Shown: positions 8,526-18,849, numbered from the stretch's first letter. The stretch is DNA of 42,849 nt from Thermodesulfovibrionia bacterium (GCA_038918635.1 JBCKZY010000005.1:1-42849); one strand, 5' to 3'. Translations and numbers: made by a program. Notes: a model not told the origin generated them from the sequence alone.

Positions 8526-11114
8526 TTATACCTGACCTTCGAACTCATAAGTCATTTTTCTGATGCTAACCTTGCATCCTTCGATCCCGGGGGCCTTTGT
8601 TATATGGTCAAGATTATAACACAATAACTGACAAACACCCTTCCCCTTATAATTATTGCTCATCAGGAGAATATTCCCTTTTAGAGTCTTATCGATACAT
8701 ATCTTCATATCAAGACTTCCTCTATCTGTGGAGACTGATACCATATCTCCATCTGAAATATTCAGCCTCCCGGCATGGCTGGGACCAATTTTAATCATCG
8801 GTTCCGGAGAGATCTTCAGCAGGGCCGATGAGCTGTTAGAGAGAGAGCCGGAGTGAAAGAGAGGCCTTTCAATTGCCAGATACAGATCATCACCAAAGTC
8901 ATTACTATCCCGTGTTAAAGGGGGCAGTTCCTTCAGCTCTCCTCTCAATGGTTCTCCATAATATGGCCATAGATTCTCTTTTTCAGCAATTTCACTATAA
9001 GTCAGGTTACGGTAAAGGGGTGATACACGAGCCAGTTCTTCCATAATTCCTTCAGCATCCGTATAATCCATCTCATACCCCATCTTTGATGAAATATCTG
9101 ATATTATCTTCCAGTCATCTTTGCCGTATGAAACATTAACAACCTTTCTGAGAAGCTGGATCCTTCGTTCGAGGTTAGTATAGGTTCCGGTCTTCTCAGA
9201 CCATCCCCTTGCAGGCAAGACAACGTCGGCAAGCTCAGCGGTCTCTGACAGGAAGATATCCTGAACAACAAGCAGATCAAGCGAGCCAAGTGATTTCCTG
9301 ACATATTGACTGTCCGGAAGATTATACACCGGGTTATCGCCCATTACATATATTGCCCTTATCTCTTTATTCCCGGCAGCCTCAATTATCTCCATAAGAG
9401 TCCGCCCTTCCAATTCAGGGACAGGCCCACCCCAGGCGTTCTCGTACCTTCTTCTGAAGTCAGGGATACTAAGCAGCCTCCCACCGGGAAGCATATCAGG
9501 CACACATCCTGAATCAATAAGTCCCTGCTCATTTGGCCTTTCCGAAAGCAGATAAAGCCTGGCTTCCAGAAGATATGTAAGGCCGGCAAGAGCAAAAAGC
9601 GACCGGTGTCCGTCTGAACGCTGAACAAGATCCATACCTAATACTATAGATATAGATGAGCTGTTCAAAAGAATTTCCCTTAATTCGTTATACCCATTGA
9701 TATCAATCTTCCCTGATATCCCCTCAGACAGTTCGCTTATAGATCTGTCCATAATATTATTTTCTGAGCGTTTGCCCTTTACACCATATATATCTATCAA
9801 TAATGCCTCTATCAACTCTGCTTCCCTGAAATCAGGAGGCGATATTACGATCTCACTGAACCTGTCAAGCCCGGGAGCATGTCCGATAACCACAACATGT
9901 GCCCCTTTACCAGCGGCCGCCCTTATTGAAATTCCCAAAACGGGATTCACTGCGGTTGGGTCACCACCCAACACAAGAATTGTCTCAGAGTTCTTTAAAC
10001 CGCTGATAATATTCGCAGATATCCCCTGTCCAAGGAGATTTTCGAAATATTTCTGTGCCGCAGCATAACCGGTCCTTGATATGGAATCGATATTATTGGA
10101 ACCGCACACCATTCGCAAAAACTTCTGAAATATATAATTTTCTTCATTCGTACACCTTGATGAAGCGATGCCGGCTATAGCGTCCCCGCCTCTTTCATCT
10201 TTTATTTCCTTTAATCTCAATGCAACAAAATCCAGTGCCTCATCCCATGTACTCTCAACCAGATTCCCGTTCTTTCTTATAAGAGGCTTTTTAATCCTCC
10301 TGGCACTTGTCGTAAAATCAAAACCAAACATCCCTTTTGAACAGAGCAATCCGTTATTAAGACCTAATCCTGCCTCAGGTGCTACCCGGACAATCGCCTC
10401 ATCCCTTACCTGAGTTACAAAGGAACATCCAACACCGCAATAAGCACATACTGTCTTTGTCCTGCTATCCATCTGCCAGGGCCTGTAATTGTGCATATAC
10501 TGTCTACTCAATATAGAGCCGACCGGACAAGCTGTAAGGCAGTTGCCGCAGTACTCACAGTCAAATGATTTAGAAGAGAAAGGCTCAACTACCGTTCTTC
10601 CTCCCCTGTTGATCATCCCAATAGCCGAGGCACCCTGAACTTCATCACACATCCTTACACATCTTGAGCATACAATGCACCTCTCCATATTTCTTGCCAA
10701 AACCGGGTCCTCATGACTCTCCGGAACCTTCCTCTTTTCTTCCATAAATCTGCCGGAAGGAGGTCCGTACTGCATAACCGCGTCCTGTAGTTCACACTCG
10801 CCCGCCTTGTCACAATAGGCGCAATCAAGTGGGTGATTAATAAGCAGGAACTCCAGCATCGATCTTCGGACCCGGGAAATCTCCTCGGATTCAGTCTTTA
10901 CAATCATGCCGTCAGCAGCATTAATTGAACATGAGTTAACAAGCTTAGGCATCCTTTCAACATCAACAACACACAGCCTGCACCCTCCAAAAGGCTTAAG
11001 CAATTCATGATTGCATAAAGTCGGGATCTTTATTCCAGCACTTCCAGCAGCTTCAAGAATCGACACAGGCTCTTCAAGCCTGACCTCTTCACTATTAATG
11101 GTCAGTGTTATCAT
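8526..11114 (-). CDS. nuoG: NADH-quinone oxidoreductase subunit G (long, molybdopterin-oxidoreductase-fold form)
   Basis: 862 aa between nuoF and nuoH; 2Fe-2S motif (LC..GGCRLC..C), HPLDCAYCDKAGECELQD, CIVCSRCVRMC, CEYCGNCLTACP, CAYCGVGC; C-terminal FDH-like domain. Confidence 0.88.
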   Translation of the reverse strand: MITLTINSEEVRLEEPVSILEAAGSAGIKIPTLCNHELLKPFGGCRLCVVDVERMPKLVNSCSINAADGMIVKTESEEISRVRRSMLEFLLINHPLDCAYCDKAGECELQDAVMQYGPPSGRFMEEKRKVPESHEDPVLARNMERCIVCSRCVRMCDEVQGASAIGMINRGGRTVVEPFSSKSFDCEYCGNCLTACPVGSILSRQYMHNYRPWQMDSRTKTVCAYCGVGCSFVTQVRDEAIVRVAPEAGLGLNNGLLCSKGMFGFDFTTSARRIKKPLIRKNGNLVESTWDEALDFVALRLKEIKDERGGDAIAGIASSRCTNEENYIFQKFLRMVCGSNNIDSISRTGYAAAQKYFENLLGQGISANIISGLKNSETILVLGGDPTAVNPVLGISIRAAAGKGAHVVVIGHAPGLDRFSEIVISPPDFREAELIEALLIDIYGVKGKRSENNIMDRSISELSEGISGKIDINGYNELREILLNSSSISIVLGMDLVQRSDGHRSLFALAGLTYLLEARLYLLSERPNEQGLIDSGCVPDMLPGGRLLSIPDFRRRYENAWGGPVPELEGRTLMEIIEAAGNKEIRAIYVMGDNPVYNLPDSQYVRKSLGSLDLLVVQDIFLSETAELADVVLPARGWSEKTGTYTNLERRIQLLRKVVNVSYGKDDWKIISDISSKMGYEMDYTDAEGIMEELARVSPLYRNLTYSEIAEKENLWPYYGEPLRGELKELPPLTRDSNDFGDDLYLAIERPLFHSGSLSNSSSALLKISPEPMIKIGPSHAGRLNISDGDMVSVSTDRGSLDMKICIDKTLKGNILLMSNNYKGKGVCQLLCYNLDHITKAPGIEGCKVSIRKMTYEFEGQV

Positions 11115-11240
11115 AATTAATCAGTTGTTTCTACAAGTGTAAGAGCAATTCACCACTACCGTTTATCCAACTTTGTACCCATTCTTAGATTTGCTATTAC
11201 AAATCTTTGGGTAGCAATACAAAGCAGCGGGAACATCCAG

Positions 11241-12503
11241 CTAACTTTCAAATTTACAGTTTTCTTCTTCAATGTGCTCTTCAAACTCATCTCTGAAATG
11301 TCTTAACATTCCAAGGAGAGCGCCTGCCGCACCGTCTCCCAGAGCACAGAATGACTTGCCTGAAATATTCATTGATATTTCGGAAAGCAGGTTCATGTCC
11401 TCTTTTCTACCATTACCCTGTTCAATTCTCTCAAGAATCTTCCTGAGCCACACTGTGCCTTCCCTGCATGGAGTACATTTTCCGCATGACTCATGCTCAA
11501 AGAATTTCATTATCCTGAGTGCCACCTTAACCATACATACAGAATCATCCATGGCAATAACCGCCGCAGAACCGAGCATACTGCCTGCTTTTGAGAGAGA
11601 GGTGTAGTCCATTATACAGTCTATCTTATCACCCGGAAGTACAGGAGCCGAGACACCTCCCGGAATTACTGCCTTTAAATATCTGCCGTTACTGGTGCCG
11701 CCTGCATAGTCATATATAATCTCCCTGAGGGTCACTCCCATGTCAAGCTCATATAAACCCGGCTTCCTGACACAGCCACTGACAGAATATAATTTTGGCC
11801 CCGGGCTCTCAGGATTTCCTATTTCAGAATACACCTTTCCCCCTACCCTCATGATATGCGGTATATTAGCCAGGGTCTCGACATTATTAACGATTGTCGG
11901 CATGCCCCAGGCCCCTACATTAACCGGAAATGGAGGCTTGCTTCTCGGTTGCCCTCTCTTGCCCTCAATAGAATCAAGAAGCGCCGTCTCTTCACCACAT
12001 ATATAAGCACCAGCTCCAACGTATAGAGAAATGTGGAACTTAATATTACTCTTAAGAATGTCGTCCCCGAGAAAATTATTTTCATAAGCCTCTTTTATCG
12101 CTTTTTCAAGAATCTCTTTTGCATTATAGTACTCCCCCCTGAGATATATATAACCATACTCGGCCTTCAGGGCATATGCGGATAATATCATACCTTCTAT
12201 AAGAAGGTGCGGGTTCTTCTCGATTAATACCTTATCCTTAAATGTACCCGGCTCAGCTTCATCCGCGTTACAGATAAGATATTTAGGAAATTTGGGATCA
12301 GCAGACGCAAAACTCCACTTCATGGCTGTGGGGAAACCCGCTCCTCCCCTCCCCTTCAGACCCGACATCTTCACCTCATCAATAATATCGGCTGGTTTAA
12401 GATCAAAGGCCCTTGAAATGTTTTCATATCCGCCGGTTTTCAGATAATCTTCCATATAAACGGGGGAAGGGTTATTGATATTTTTCAGTAAAATTCTTTC
12501 CAT
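11241..12503 (-). CDS. nuoF: NADH-quinone oxidoreductase subunit F
   Basis: GRGGAGFPT, NADEAEPGTFKD, GAGAYICGEETALL, ESCGKCTPCREG. Confidence 0.96.
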   Translation of the reverse strand: MERILLKNINNPSPVYMEDYLKTGGYENISRAFDLKPADIIDEVKMSGLKGRGGAGFPTAMKWSFASADPKFPKYLICNADEAEPGTFKDKVLIEKNPHLLIEGMILSAYALKAEYGYIYLRGEYYNAKEILEKAIKEAYENNFLGDDILKSNIKFHISLYVGAGAYICGEETALLDSIEGKRGQPRSKPPFPVNVGAWGMPTIVNNVETLANIPHIMRVGGKVYSEIGNPESPGPKLYSVSGCVRKPGLYELDMGVTLREIIYDYAGGTSNGRYLKAVIPGGVSAPVLPGDKIDCIMDYTSLSKAGSMLGSAAVIAMDDSVCMVKVALRIMKFFEHESCGKCTPCREGTVWLRKILERIEQGNGRKEDMNLLSEISMNISGKSFCALGDGAAGALLGMLRHFRDEFEEHIEEENCKFES

Positions 12504-12514
12504 TGTAATAACTT

Positions 12515-12664
12515 GATGGCGTCGTAAAAAGTCCGATCTACTGCGTTGCAGCGAATTTTGAAATCCTCGACATACTATATGTATAGTCTCAGCTTTAAAA
12601 ATACACTGCGCCTTGTATATCGATATTTTTACTTAGCCATCCCATGACTTTTTACGAGTGCATC
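12515..12664. mobile_element. 150-bp MITE-like element (GATG...CATC ends), copy 1, in the nuoE-nuoF spacer
   Basis: Terminal inverted repeat gatggcgtcgtaaaaagtc / gactttttacgagtgcatc; near-identical second copy at 15546-15695; flanks ATAACTT / ATAACAT. Confidence 0.75.
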
Positions 12665-12783
12665 ATAACATGAATGACTCAGGAATCAGGGGATCAAATC
12701 GTTAGAGTGGAAGCAATATGTTAGTTCGATCCAATCTATGAGTCGCAGACGGGTCTTGACTAAGCTGCATCAACCCTAAACCA

Positions 12784-13248
12784 TTATCTGTATTTTCCAA
12801 GGATCACATCTATATTCTGCTCCGTCAGTTCATCATAAGAATCTTCATTCACCAACATTGACGGGGCGCCGTCACAGGCCCCGATACACTCAACGATTAG
12901 CAGAGAAAATCTCCCGTCAGCTGTTGTCCCGCCCGGTTCCAGTCCATATTTACTTCCAAGGAAATCCTTCAGTTTTTCCGATCCGAGTATCATACAGGAG
13001 ACGTTAGTACAGAGCTGTATTAGATGCCTTCCTGTCGGCTTATTCTTAAACAGTGAATAAAATGACGCAGTTGCCCTGACGGTTGCCTCAGGCAGATTCA
13101 AATTATCAGCAACAAGTCTCAATGCTTCATTGCTTAACCAGCCGTATTCTCTCTGCGCAATATAGAGAGATGGGATTAGCGCGCTTTTACGATCAGGATA
13201 TTTGTCCCTGATCTCTTCAATCTCTTTTAAGATGCCATCATTAAACAT
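12784..13248 (-). CDS. nuoE: NADH-quinone oxidoreductase subunit E
   Basis: 154 aa thioredoxin-like 2Fe-2S protein; CTNVSC and ECIGACDGAP. Confidence 0.95.
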   Translation of the reverse strand: MFNDGILKEIEEIRDKYPDRKSALIPSLYIAQREYGWLSNEALRLVADNLNLPEATVRATASFYSLFKNKPTGRHLIQLCTNVSCMILGSEKLKDFLGSKYGLEPGGTTADGRFSLLIVECIGACDGAPSMLVNEDSYDELTEQNIDVILGKYR

Positions 13249-13254
13249 AATCAG

Positions 13255-13380
13255 GTTATTGAGTTACTGAGTTATTGAGTTATTGATTGTTGTCTGTTAC
13301 TCGTTACCAGTCACCAGTTACAGGTTATTAGTTGTTGTCTGTTGTTACCCATCACCAATAACCTATGACCTATAACCTAT
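13255..13380. repeat. Short-period (7-8 nt) tandem and inverted repeats in the nuoD-nuoE spacer
   Basis: gttattga gttactga gttattga gttattga; gttactc gttacca gtcacca gttacag; ataacct atgacct ataacct. Confidence 0.65.
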
Positions 13381-13386
13381 TATTTG

Positions 13387-14616
13387 TTATCTATCACATT
13401 CCCCTAATACAATATCTATTGACCCAATATTCGCGATAACATCGGCAACAAGTCCACCTTCACAGAGTTTTGGTAAAGCAGAAACATGAACAAAAGACGG
13501 GGGTCTTATCCTGAGACGATACGGTTTACCGGTCCCGTCACTGACGATATAGAATCCAAGTTCACCTTTAGGTGCCTCGGTTGCAACATATATTTCCCCT
13601 TCAGGTGCGGTCTCAGGTCCCTTTGTAACAAGAACAAAATGATGGATCAGCTGTTCCATATTATCCAGCACCCTGTCCTTTGGTGGAAGTACGAATTTGG
13701 GCATATCCGCCATAACAGGGCCTGATGGGATACTTTCTATACATTGCCTGACAATTGAATTTGATTGAAGGAACTCATCCATTCTTACCCTGTACCGGTC
13801 ATACACATCTCCATTAACACCTGTGGGCACTTCCCATTTGACCTTATCATAGACCCCGTATGGCATAGACTTCCTCACATCGTAAGGCACACCGGAACCT
13901 CTCAGGGTCGGACCGCTCAGGCCCATATTAACTGCCTCTTCAGCTGAAATTATACCAACTCCCTTTGTACGTTTAAGCCATATACGGTTCTTGTTAATAA
14001 GCGTCTCATACTGCTCAACCCTCATGGGAAATTCTTCGGTGAACTGATACAGATCATCCAGCCATTTTGAATCAACATCCCTCTTTACCCCTCCGATTCT
14101 TGGATAACTGACAGTCAACCTTGCCCCGGAGAGTCTTTCATACAGATTCTGAATCTTTTCTCTCTCCCTGAAGCAGTACAGGAAGACTGTCATCGCTCCG
14201 ATATCAAGCGCGTGAGTTGCAAGCCATAGCAGGTGACTCACAATACGTGTCAACTCTGCAAGAATGGTCCTTATATATTCAGCCCTTTCAGGTATTTTGA
14301 TGTTAAATAGCCTCTCAACGGCTATGCAGTATCCGATATTATTTGACATCGCCGCAATATAATCGAGGCGGTCGGTATGAGGTATTATCTGGAGGTAACT
14401 AAGTTGTTCAACATGCTTTTCTACGCCTCTGTGCAGATAGCCTATAACCGGCGTACATTTAACAACAGTCTCACCGTCGAGGTCAAGCACAAGTCTCATA
14501 ACACCATGTGTAGCAGGGTGCTGCGGACCCATGTTAAGGGTAAGCTCTTTGGTCACCAAGTCAGTCTTATTTCCGGGCTTGATGTCCGGGATATGATTAT
14601 TATTTCCCATATGCAA
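13387..14616 (-). CDS. nuoD: NADH-quinone oxidoreductase subunit D
   Basis: [34 protein letters not shown]-terminal DIVLGECDR. Confidence 0.97.
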   Translation of the reverse strand: MHMGNNNHIPDIKPGNKTDLVTKELTLNMGPQHPATHGVMRLVLDLDGETVVKCTPVIGYLHRGVEKHVEQLSYLQIIPHTDRLDYIAAMSNNIGYCIAVERLFNIKIPERAEYIRTILAELTRIVSHLLWLATHALDIGAMTVFLYCFREREKIQNLYERLSGARLTVSYPRIGGVKRDVDSKWLDDLYQFTEEFPMRVEQYETLINKNRIWLKRTKGVGIISAEEAVNMGLSGPTLRGSGVPYDVRKSMPYGVYDKVKWEVPTGVNGDVYDRYRVRMDEFLQSNSIVRQCIESIPSGPVMADMPKFVLPPKDRVLDNMEQLIHHFVLVTKGPETAPEGEIYVATEAPKGELGFYIVSDGTGKPYRLRIRPPSFVHVSALPKLCEGGLVADVIANIGSIDIVLGECDR

Positions 14617-14686
14617 ATTCCAAAATCAGATTCCTGTTCATAAAATAAAACTATAAATTATTAAAATAAATGCACTCATAAAAAGT

Positions 14687-14882
14687 CGTCATACCCGCTA
14701 AACCTGTCCTCGACTCCGATCGGGGAGCGGGTATCCAGGAAACATGTCACTTCTTAAAAAGACTGGATTCCCGTTCCCTGCTTACTACCTGCTGGAACAA
14801 GCCCTGAACCGTATGGTACAGGGCAAGCTTCACGGGCCTGTCCCGCCTGTCCCGATTATTCGGGGATGTATCGGGGAATGAC
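14687..14882. repeat. CGTC-type palindromic (REP-like) repeat, composite copy, in the nuoC-nuoD spacer
   Basis: cgtcatacccg...cgggtatccag ... ctggattcccg ... ggggaatgac architecture shared with 21330-21396, 23872-23982, 25993-27675 and 40850-41012. Confidence 0.8.
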
Positions 14883-14981
14883 AAAAACTGCTTTTCAGGA
14901 TTTATACGAATTTGCCAAATATGATATCTGTGTTTTCATGTTTTTATTATCAATTTATAACGTGCTGAAATCCGGTAATAA

Positions 14982-15512
14982 TTAACCAACCTTCCACTCT
15001 TTATCATGTAAATGCAGTTCTTTAGCTTCTTCATACCCCTTATACTCCCAGCCTTCAGGCCCTTTCAGGGGATAATCCTTCCTCAGAGGGAAGCCCTCCC
15101 AGTCTTCCGGCAGCAATATCCGTCTAAGGTCAGGATGACCACGAAAAACGATACCAAACATATCATAAGTCTCTCTCTCATGACAGTTTGCACCGCTCCA
15201 GACCGTCACAACACTCTCAATTAACGGGTCCGACTCCGGTATCAGGGCTTTAACCCGTATCCTGTGTTGATGTTTAAGGGAGAAGAGATTGTAAACAACT
15301 TCAAACCTGAACTCCCTGTCTTTATAGTCAACACCGCACAAATCAGACAAAAAGTTCATCTCGATAGAAGAATCCTTATAAAGGTAAAGACAGATATCAA
15401 GTATTTTGTCACGCTTAACTGTCACTGAAACCTGATCCCTGAAATTCGATATCTCCTGAACTTCCCCGGGATATTTTTCCTTTATCTTCTCAGCAATCTC
15501 AAGTGGTTCCAT
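14982..15512 (-). CDS. nuoC: NADH-quinone oxidoreductase subunit C
   Basis: DLCGVDY, FEVVYNL, ERETYDMFGIVFRGHPDLRRIL, FPLRKDYP. Confidence 0.96.
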   Translation of the reverse strand: MEPLEIAEKIKEKYPGEVQEISNFRDQVSVTVKRDKILDICLYLYKDSSIEMNFLSDLCGVDYKDREFRFEVVYNLFSLKHQHRIRVKALIPESDPLIESVVTVWSGANCHERETYDMFGIVFRGHPDLRRILLPEDWEGFPLRKDYPLKGPEGWEYKGYEEAKELHLHDKEWKVG

Positions 15513-15545
15513 TACTTCTCCATTATGAGTCTATATATTAATCTT

Positions 15546-15695
15546 GATGGCGTCGTAAAAAGTCCGATCTACTGCGTAGCAGCGCATTTTGAAATCCTCG
15601 ACATACTACATGTATTGTCTCGGCTTTAAAAATACTCTGCGCCTTGTATATCGAAATTTTTGCTTAGCCATCCCATGACTTATTACGAGTACATC
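15546..15695. mobile_element. 150-bp MITE-like element (GATG...CATC ends), copy 2, in the nuoB-nuoC spacer
   Basis: Same length and near-identical sequence to 12515-12664; perfect 6-bp direct repeat AATCTT on both sides (15540-15545 and 15696-15701). Confidence 0.8.
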
Positions 15696-15737
15696 AATCT
15701 TTGCACATAACAGACAACTTATCACAGATCAGGTTTA

Positions 15738-16259
15738 TTACCTCCAGCGGCTCCATCTGAAATGCTCATTCTGGATCTTTTCCTGAAGCTTTATTATTCC
15801 GTCCATAAGCGCTTCAGGCCTTGGAGGACAGCCCGGGACATAAACATCAACAGGCAAAAAAGTATCACATCCCTGGACAACAGCGTAAGTATTATAAATA
15901 TTTCCGGAACACGCGCAGCTTCCCATTGCGATAACATACCTGGGTTCCGGCATCTGATCATAAACCCTTCTGATCACAGGCGCCATCTTTTTTGTGACGG
16001 TACCGGATATAATAAGCACATCGGACTGCCTTGGTGAAGCCCTGAAAATAACGCCGAAACGGTCAAGGTCATAATGGCTTGCTCCGGAGGTCATCATCTC
16101 AATAGCACAGCATGCGAGACCAAAGGCCATCGGCCATAAAGATGACTTCCTGGCCCAATTTATAACGTACTTGTCTAATGTGGTAATAAGGGCGTTTGTG
16201 CCGGGTATAACCTTTATCCCCTCATCAACCTCTATTAAATTTGTATCGTCTGTTTTCAT
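15738..16259 (-). CDS. nuoB: NADH-quinone oxidoreductase subunit B
   Basis: [35 protein letters not shown]. Confidence 0.97.
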   Translation of the reverse strand: MKTDDTNLIEVDEGIKVIPGTNALITTLDKYVINWARKSSLWPMAFGLACCAIEMMTSGASHYDLDRFGVIFRASPRQSDVLIISGTVTKKMAPVIRRVYDQMPEPRYVIAMGSCACSGNIYNTYAVVQGCDTFLPVDVYVPGCPPRPEALMDGIIKLQEKIQNEHFRWSRWR

Positions 16260-16299
16260 TATTCTTATATGGCGTCAGATTCTATTGATAACTGTTTTC

Positions 16300-16671
16300 T
16301 TATTCCCAGTCAAGCGCACCCTTCTCCCATGCATATATATAACCCACAAGAAGGATAAATATGAATATCATCATCTCAACAAAACCATAAAGTCCGAGTT
16401 TGTCATACGCGACAGCCCATGGATATAGAAAGACCGCCTCAACATCGAAGACAACAAAAAGCATTGCAACAATATAAAATTTAACGGAGAACCTGTACCT
16501 TGGTTCGCCCACAGGTTCTATGCCTGACTCGTATGGTTGAAGCTTTTCTGAATAGAGCCGGCGGGGTCTGAGAATACTCCCGATTATCAGTGGAGAAAGT
16601 CCAACCAGCGCCACGATAAGAGATATTATCAGTACAGGCCAGTAGTCAACAGGTATATATGATCCAGGCAT
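16300..16671 (-). CDS. nuoA: NADH-quinone oxidoreductase subunit A
   Basis: PYESG, FYIVAMLFVVFDVEAVFLYPWA, KGALDWE; likely start is the ATG at 16671 (MPGS...) rather than the upstream TTG at 16713. Confidence 0.95.
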   Translation of the reverse strand: MPGSYIPVDYWPVLIISLIVALVGLSPLIIGSILRPRRLYSEKLQPYESGIEPVGEPRYRFSVKFYIVAMLFVVFDVEAVFLYPWAVAYDKLGLYGFVEMMIFIFILLVGYIYAWEKGALDWE

Positions 16672-16835
16672 AACATTAGGATTATACAAAAAAAGTACAA
16701 AACTGACAATCAATATCTGAACGGCTGTTAAGATTTATTAACAAAACAGCTGATCTGTTTCAACCAAATTCTTAAATACGGGCATATACCAGTCTGCTGC
16801 TTTAAAAAATTAATAAACATATTTATAATCATAGC

Positions 16836-18434
16836 ATGATAAAAAACCTCTTTCGTGTTAAAGAATCCATCACTGCAAAATTAATTATTGCGATAGGTCT
16901 ACTGATTATTTCAGGAAGCATGATTTTCTGGTACGCGATTCTGGAAAAGCAGGATAATTATCTTACGTCAATAGCGATAAAGAACGGCTTTTCATTTATT
17001 GAGTACATCAAAAAAAGTAACCGCTATAATATGCTCCACTTTCTCAGAGACGAAATACAGGAAACTCTTCAGGACATCAGCATAGCGGAAGGCGTTGAGG
17101 GAGTAAGAATATTTGACCATACCGGCAGGATATATTATTCCACTTTTCAGGAGGAAATCACCAAAGCTATTGACAGGACATCAATAGCATGCAGAGGATG
17201 TCACACGGATATTGAAGAATCGTCCGAATTACTTACGGATCCAATAAAGTGGAACATATACAGGAAGAAGGAGGGTTTCACGACATTAAAACTTGTTGAA
17301 CCCATATACAATGAACCTGCATGTTACACCTCTGCATGTCATGTCCATAATAAAGAGCAAAATATCCTGGGATTCGTTGAAGCAGATTTATCTCTTGCTC
17401 TCCTTGACGAAGCAAAGTTAAAACAGAAGCAGGCACTGACTGCTTACGTAATAATTTTTATCCTCGCAATTTCATTATCAATAATGATAATACTCTATAA
17501 GATTGTCTCAAAACCTGTAGGCGAACTCGTCAAAGGCATGGAGAGGGTATCCAAAGGAGATCTGGATCATTCTGTTTCAATAAAAAGCTCAGATGAGATC
17601 GGAAAACTTTCAGAAGCCTTTAACTCCATGACTATAGATATCAAGGCGTCAAGGCATAAGATAGAGGAATGGACCAAGACCCTTGAAGAGGAGGTCGCCA
17701 AAAAAACAGAGGAGATAAAAAAGACCCATGACGCGCTTGTTCAGACAGAGAAGCTTGCTTCTCTCGGAAGAATGGCTGCAGGCGTCGCACATGAGATCAA
17801 CAACCCCCTGACAGGTATTGTGACTTTTTCATATCTTCTTCTAAAGAAGTTTCCACCTGAAAGTACCGAGGCAGGAGACATTCAGATTATTATTGATCAG
17901 GCTGAGAGATGCGCAAAGATAATAAAGAATCTTCTTGCATTCGCTCGTGCCTCTTCCACAGAAAAGAGCGAGATCAATATTAACGATGTTGTTAAAAAAG
18001 CAATATTTATGGTTAAAAACCAGGAAAAATTCCATAACATCATCTTTGACCTGAATTTAGGTGATCTATCATTAAAATCTATCGGGGAAGAACATAAATT
18101 TCAGCAGATTTTTCTAAACATGCTAATAAACGCTGCGGATGCCATGAACGAAAAAGGCTCCATAACCGTATCAACACGCAAGACATCCGTTGAGGAAAAG
18201 AATTATGTTGAAGTTGAATTCACTGACACAGGATCAGGAATAAACGAGAAAGATATGCCCAAACTCTTTGAACCATTCTTTACTACAAAGCCGATCGGTC
18301 AGGGGACAGGCCTCGGTCTGTCCATCACTCATGGGATAGTTTCACAGTTCGGGGGACATATTAATGTAAAAACCAAAGTCGGCAAAGGCACTAGCTTCTT
18401 TATCCTTCTTCCTTTATTAAATTCTGAAAAATGA
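16836..18434 (+). CDS. Membrane sensor histidine kinase (periplasmic domain with heme-c-type motifs, HAMP, HisKA, HATPase)
   Basis: Two TM helices around a periplasmic domain containing CRGCH and CYTSACH; HAMP (SDEIGKLSEAFNSM); H-box AHEINNPL; N/G1/F/G2 boxes (NAADAM, DTGSG, FEPFFTTK, GTGLGL). Confidence 0.93.
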   Translation: MIKNLFRVKESITAKLIIAIGLLIISGSMIFWYAILEKQDNYLTSIAIKNGFSFIEYIKKSNRYNMLHFLRDEIQETLQDISIAEGVEGVRIFDHTGRIYYSTFQEEITKAIDRTSIACRGCHTDIEESSELLTDPIKWNIYRKKEGFTTLKLVEPIYNEPACYTSACHVHNKEQNILGFVEADLSLALLDEAKLKQKQALTAYVIIFILAISLSIMIILYKIVSKPVGELVKGMERVSKGDLDHSVSIKSSDEIGKLSEAFNSMTIDIKASRHKIEEWTKTLEEEVAKKTEEIKKTHDALVQTEKLASLGRMAAGVAHEINNPLTGIVTFSYLLLKKFPPESTEAGDIQIIIDQAERCAKIIKNLLAFARASSTEKSEININDVVKKAIFMVKNQEKFHNIIFDLNLGDLSLKSIGEEHKFQQIFLNMLINAADAMNEKGSITVSTRKTSVEEKNYVEVEFTDTGSGINEKDMPKLFEPFFTTKPIGQGTGLGLSITHGIVSQFGGHINVKTKVGKGTSFFILLPLLNSEK

Positions 18435-18784
18435 CAAAGCTACTTACAATAGATGATGAATTAATAATCAGGATGAGTTGTGAAAGGACTTTATCCTCAG
18501 AGGGATATGAAGTAAAATCGGCCTCAAGCGGAAAAGAAGGTATCAGGATACTCGAGAGAGAACGCTTTAATCTCGTACTGCTCGACCTTAAGATGCCTGA
18601 TGTAGACGGTATTGAAGTTCTGAAACTGATCAGGAATAAATGGCCAGATACTAAAGTTATCATTATTACAGGCTACTGCACCGATCAAACAGTCGAAGAG
18701 ACGATGAAACACGGCGCTCATAACTTTCTGGAAAAGCCCTTCACTCCTGACAGGCTGCTTTCCGTAATAAATGAGACTCTATAG
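18431..18784 (+). CDS. Single-domain response regulator (CheY-like receiver)
   Basis: 117 aa; IDDE, LLDLKMPDVDG, IITG, LEKPF; ATGA overlap with the kinase. Confidence 0.93.
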   Translation: MTKLLTIDDELIIRMSCERTLSSEGYEVKSASSGKEGIRILERERFNLVLLDLKMPDVDGIEVLKLIRNKWPDTKVIIITGYCTDQTVEETMKHGAHNFLEKPFTPDRLLSVINETL

Positions 18785-18814
18785 CTGTAACCATACTTAT
18801 GACAAACCCTTAAT

Positions 18815-18849
18815 AAATTCTGAAATGCAGTTTTTTGTCATTCCCCGAT
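18815..18849. repeat. Truncated remnant of the CGTC-type repeat right end
   Basis: aaattctgaaatgcagttttttgtcattccccgat is close to the reverse complement of atcggggaatgacaaaaactgcttttcaggattt at ~14870-14904. Confidence 0.55.
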
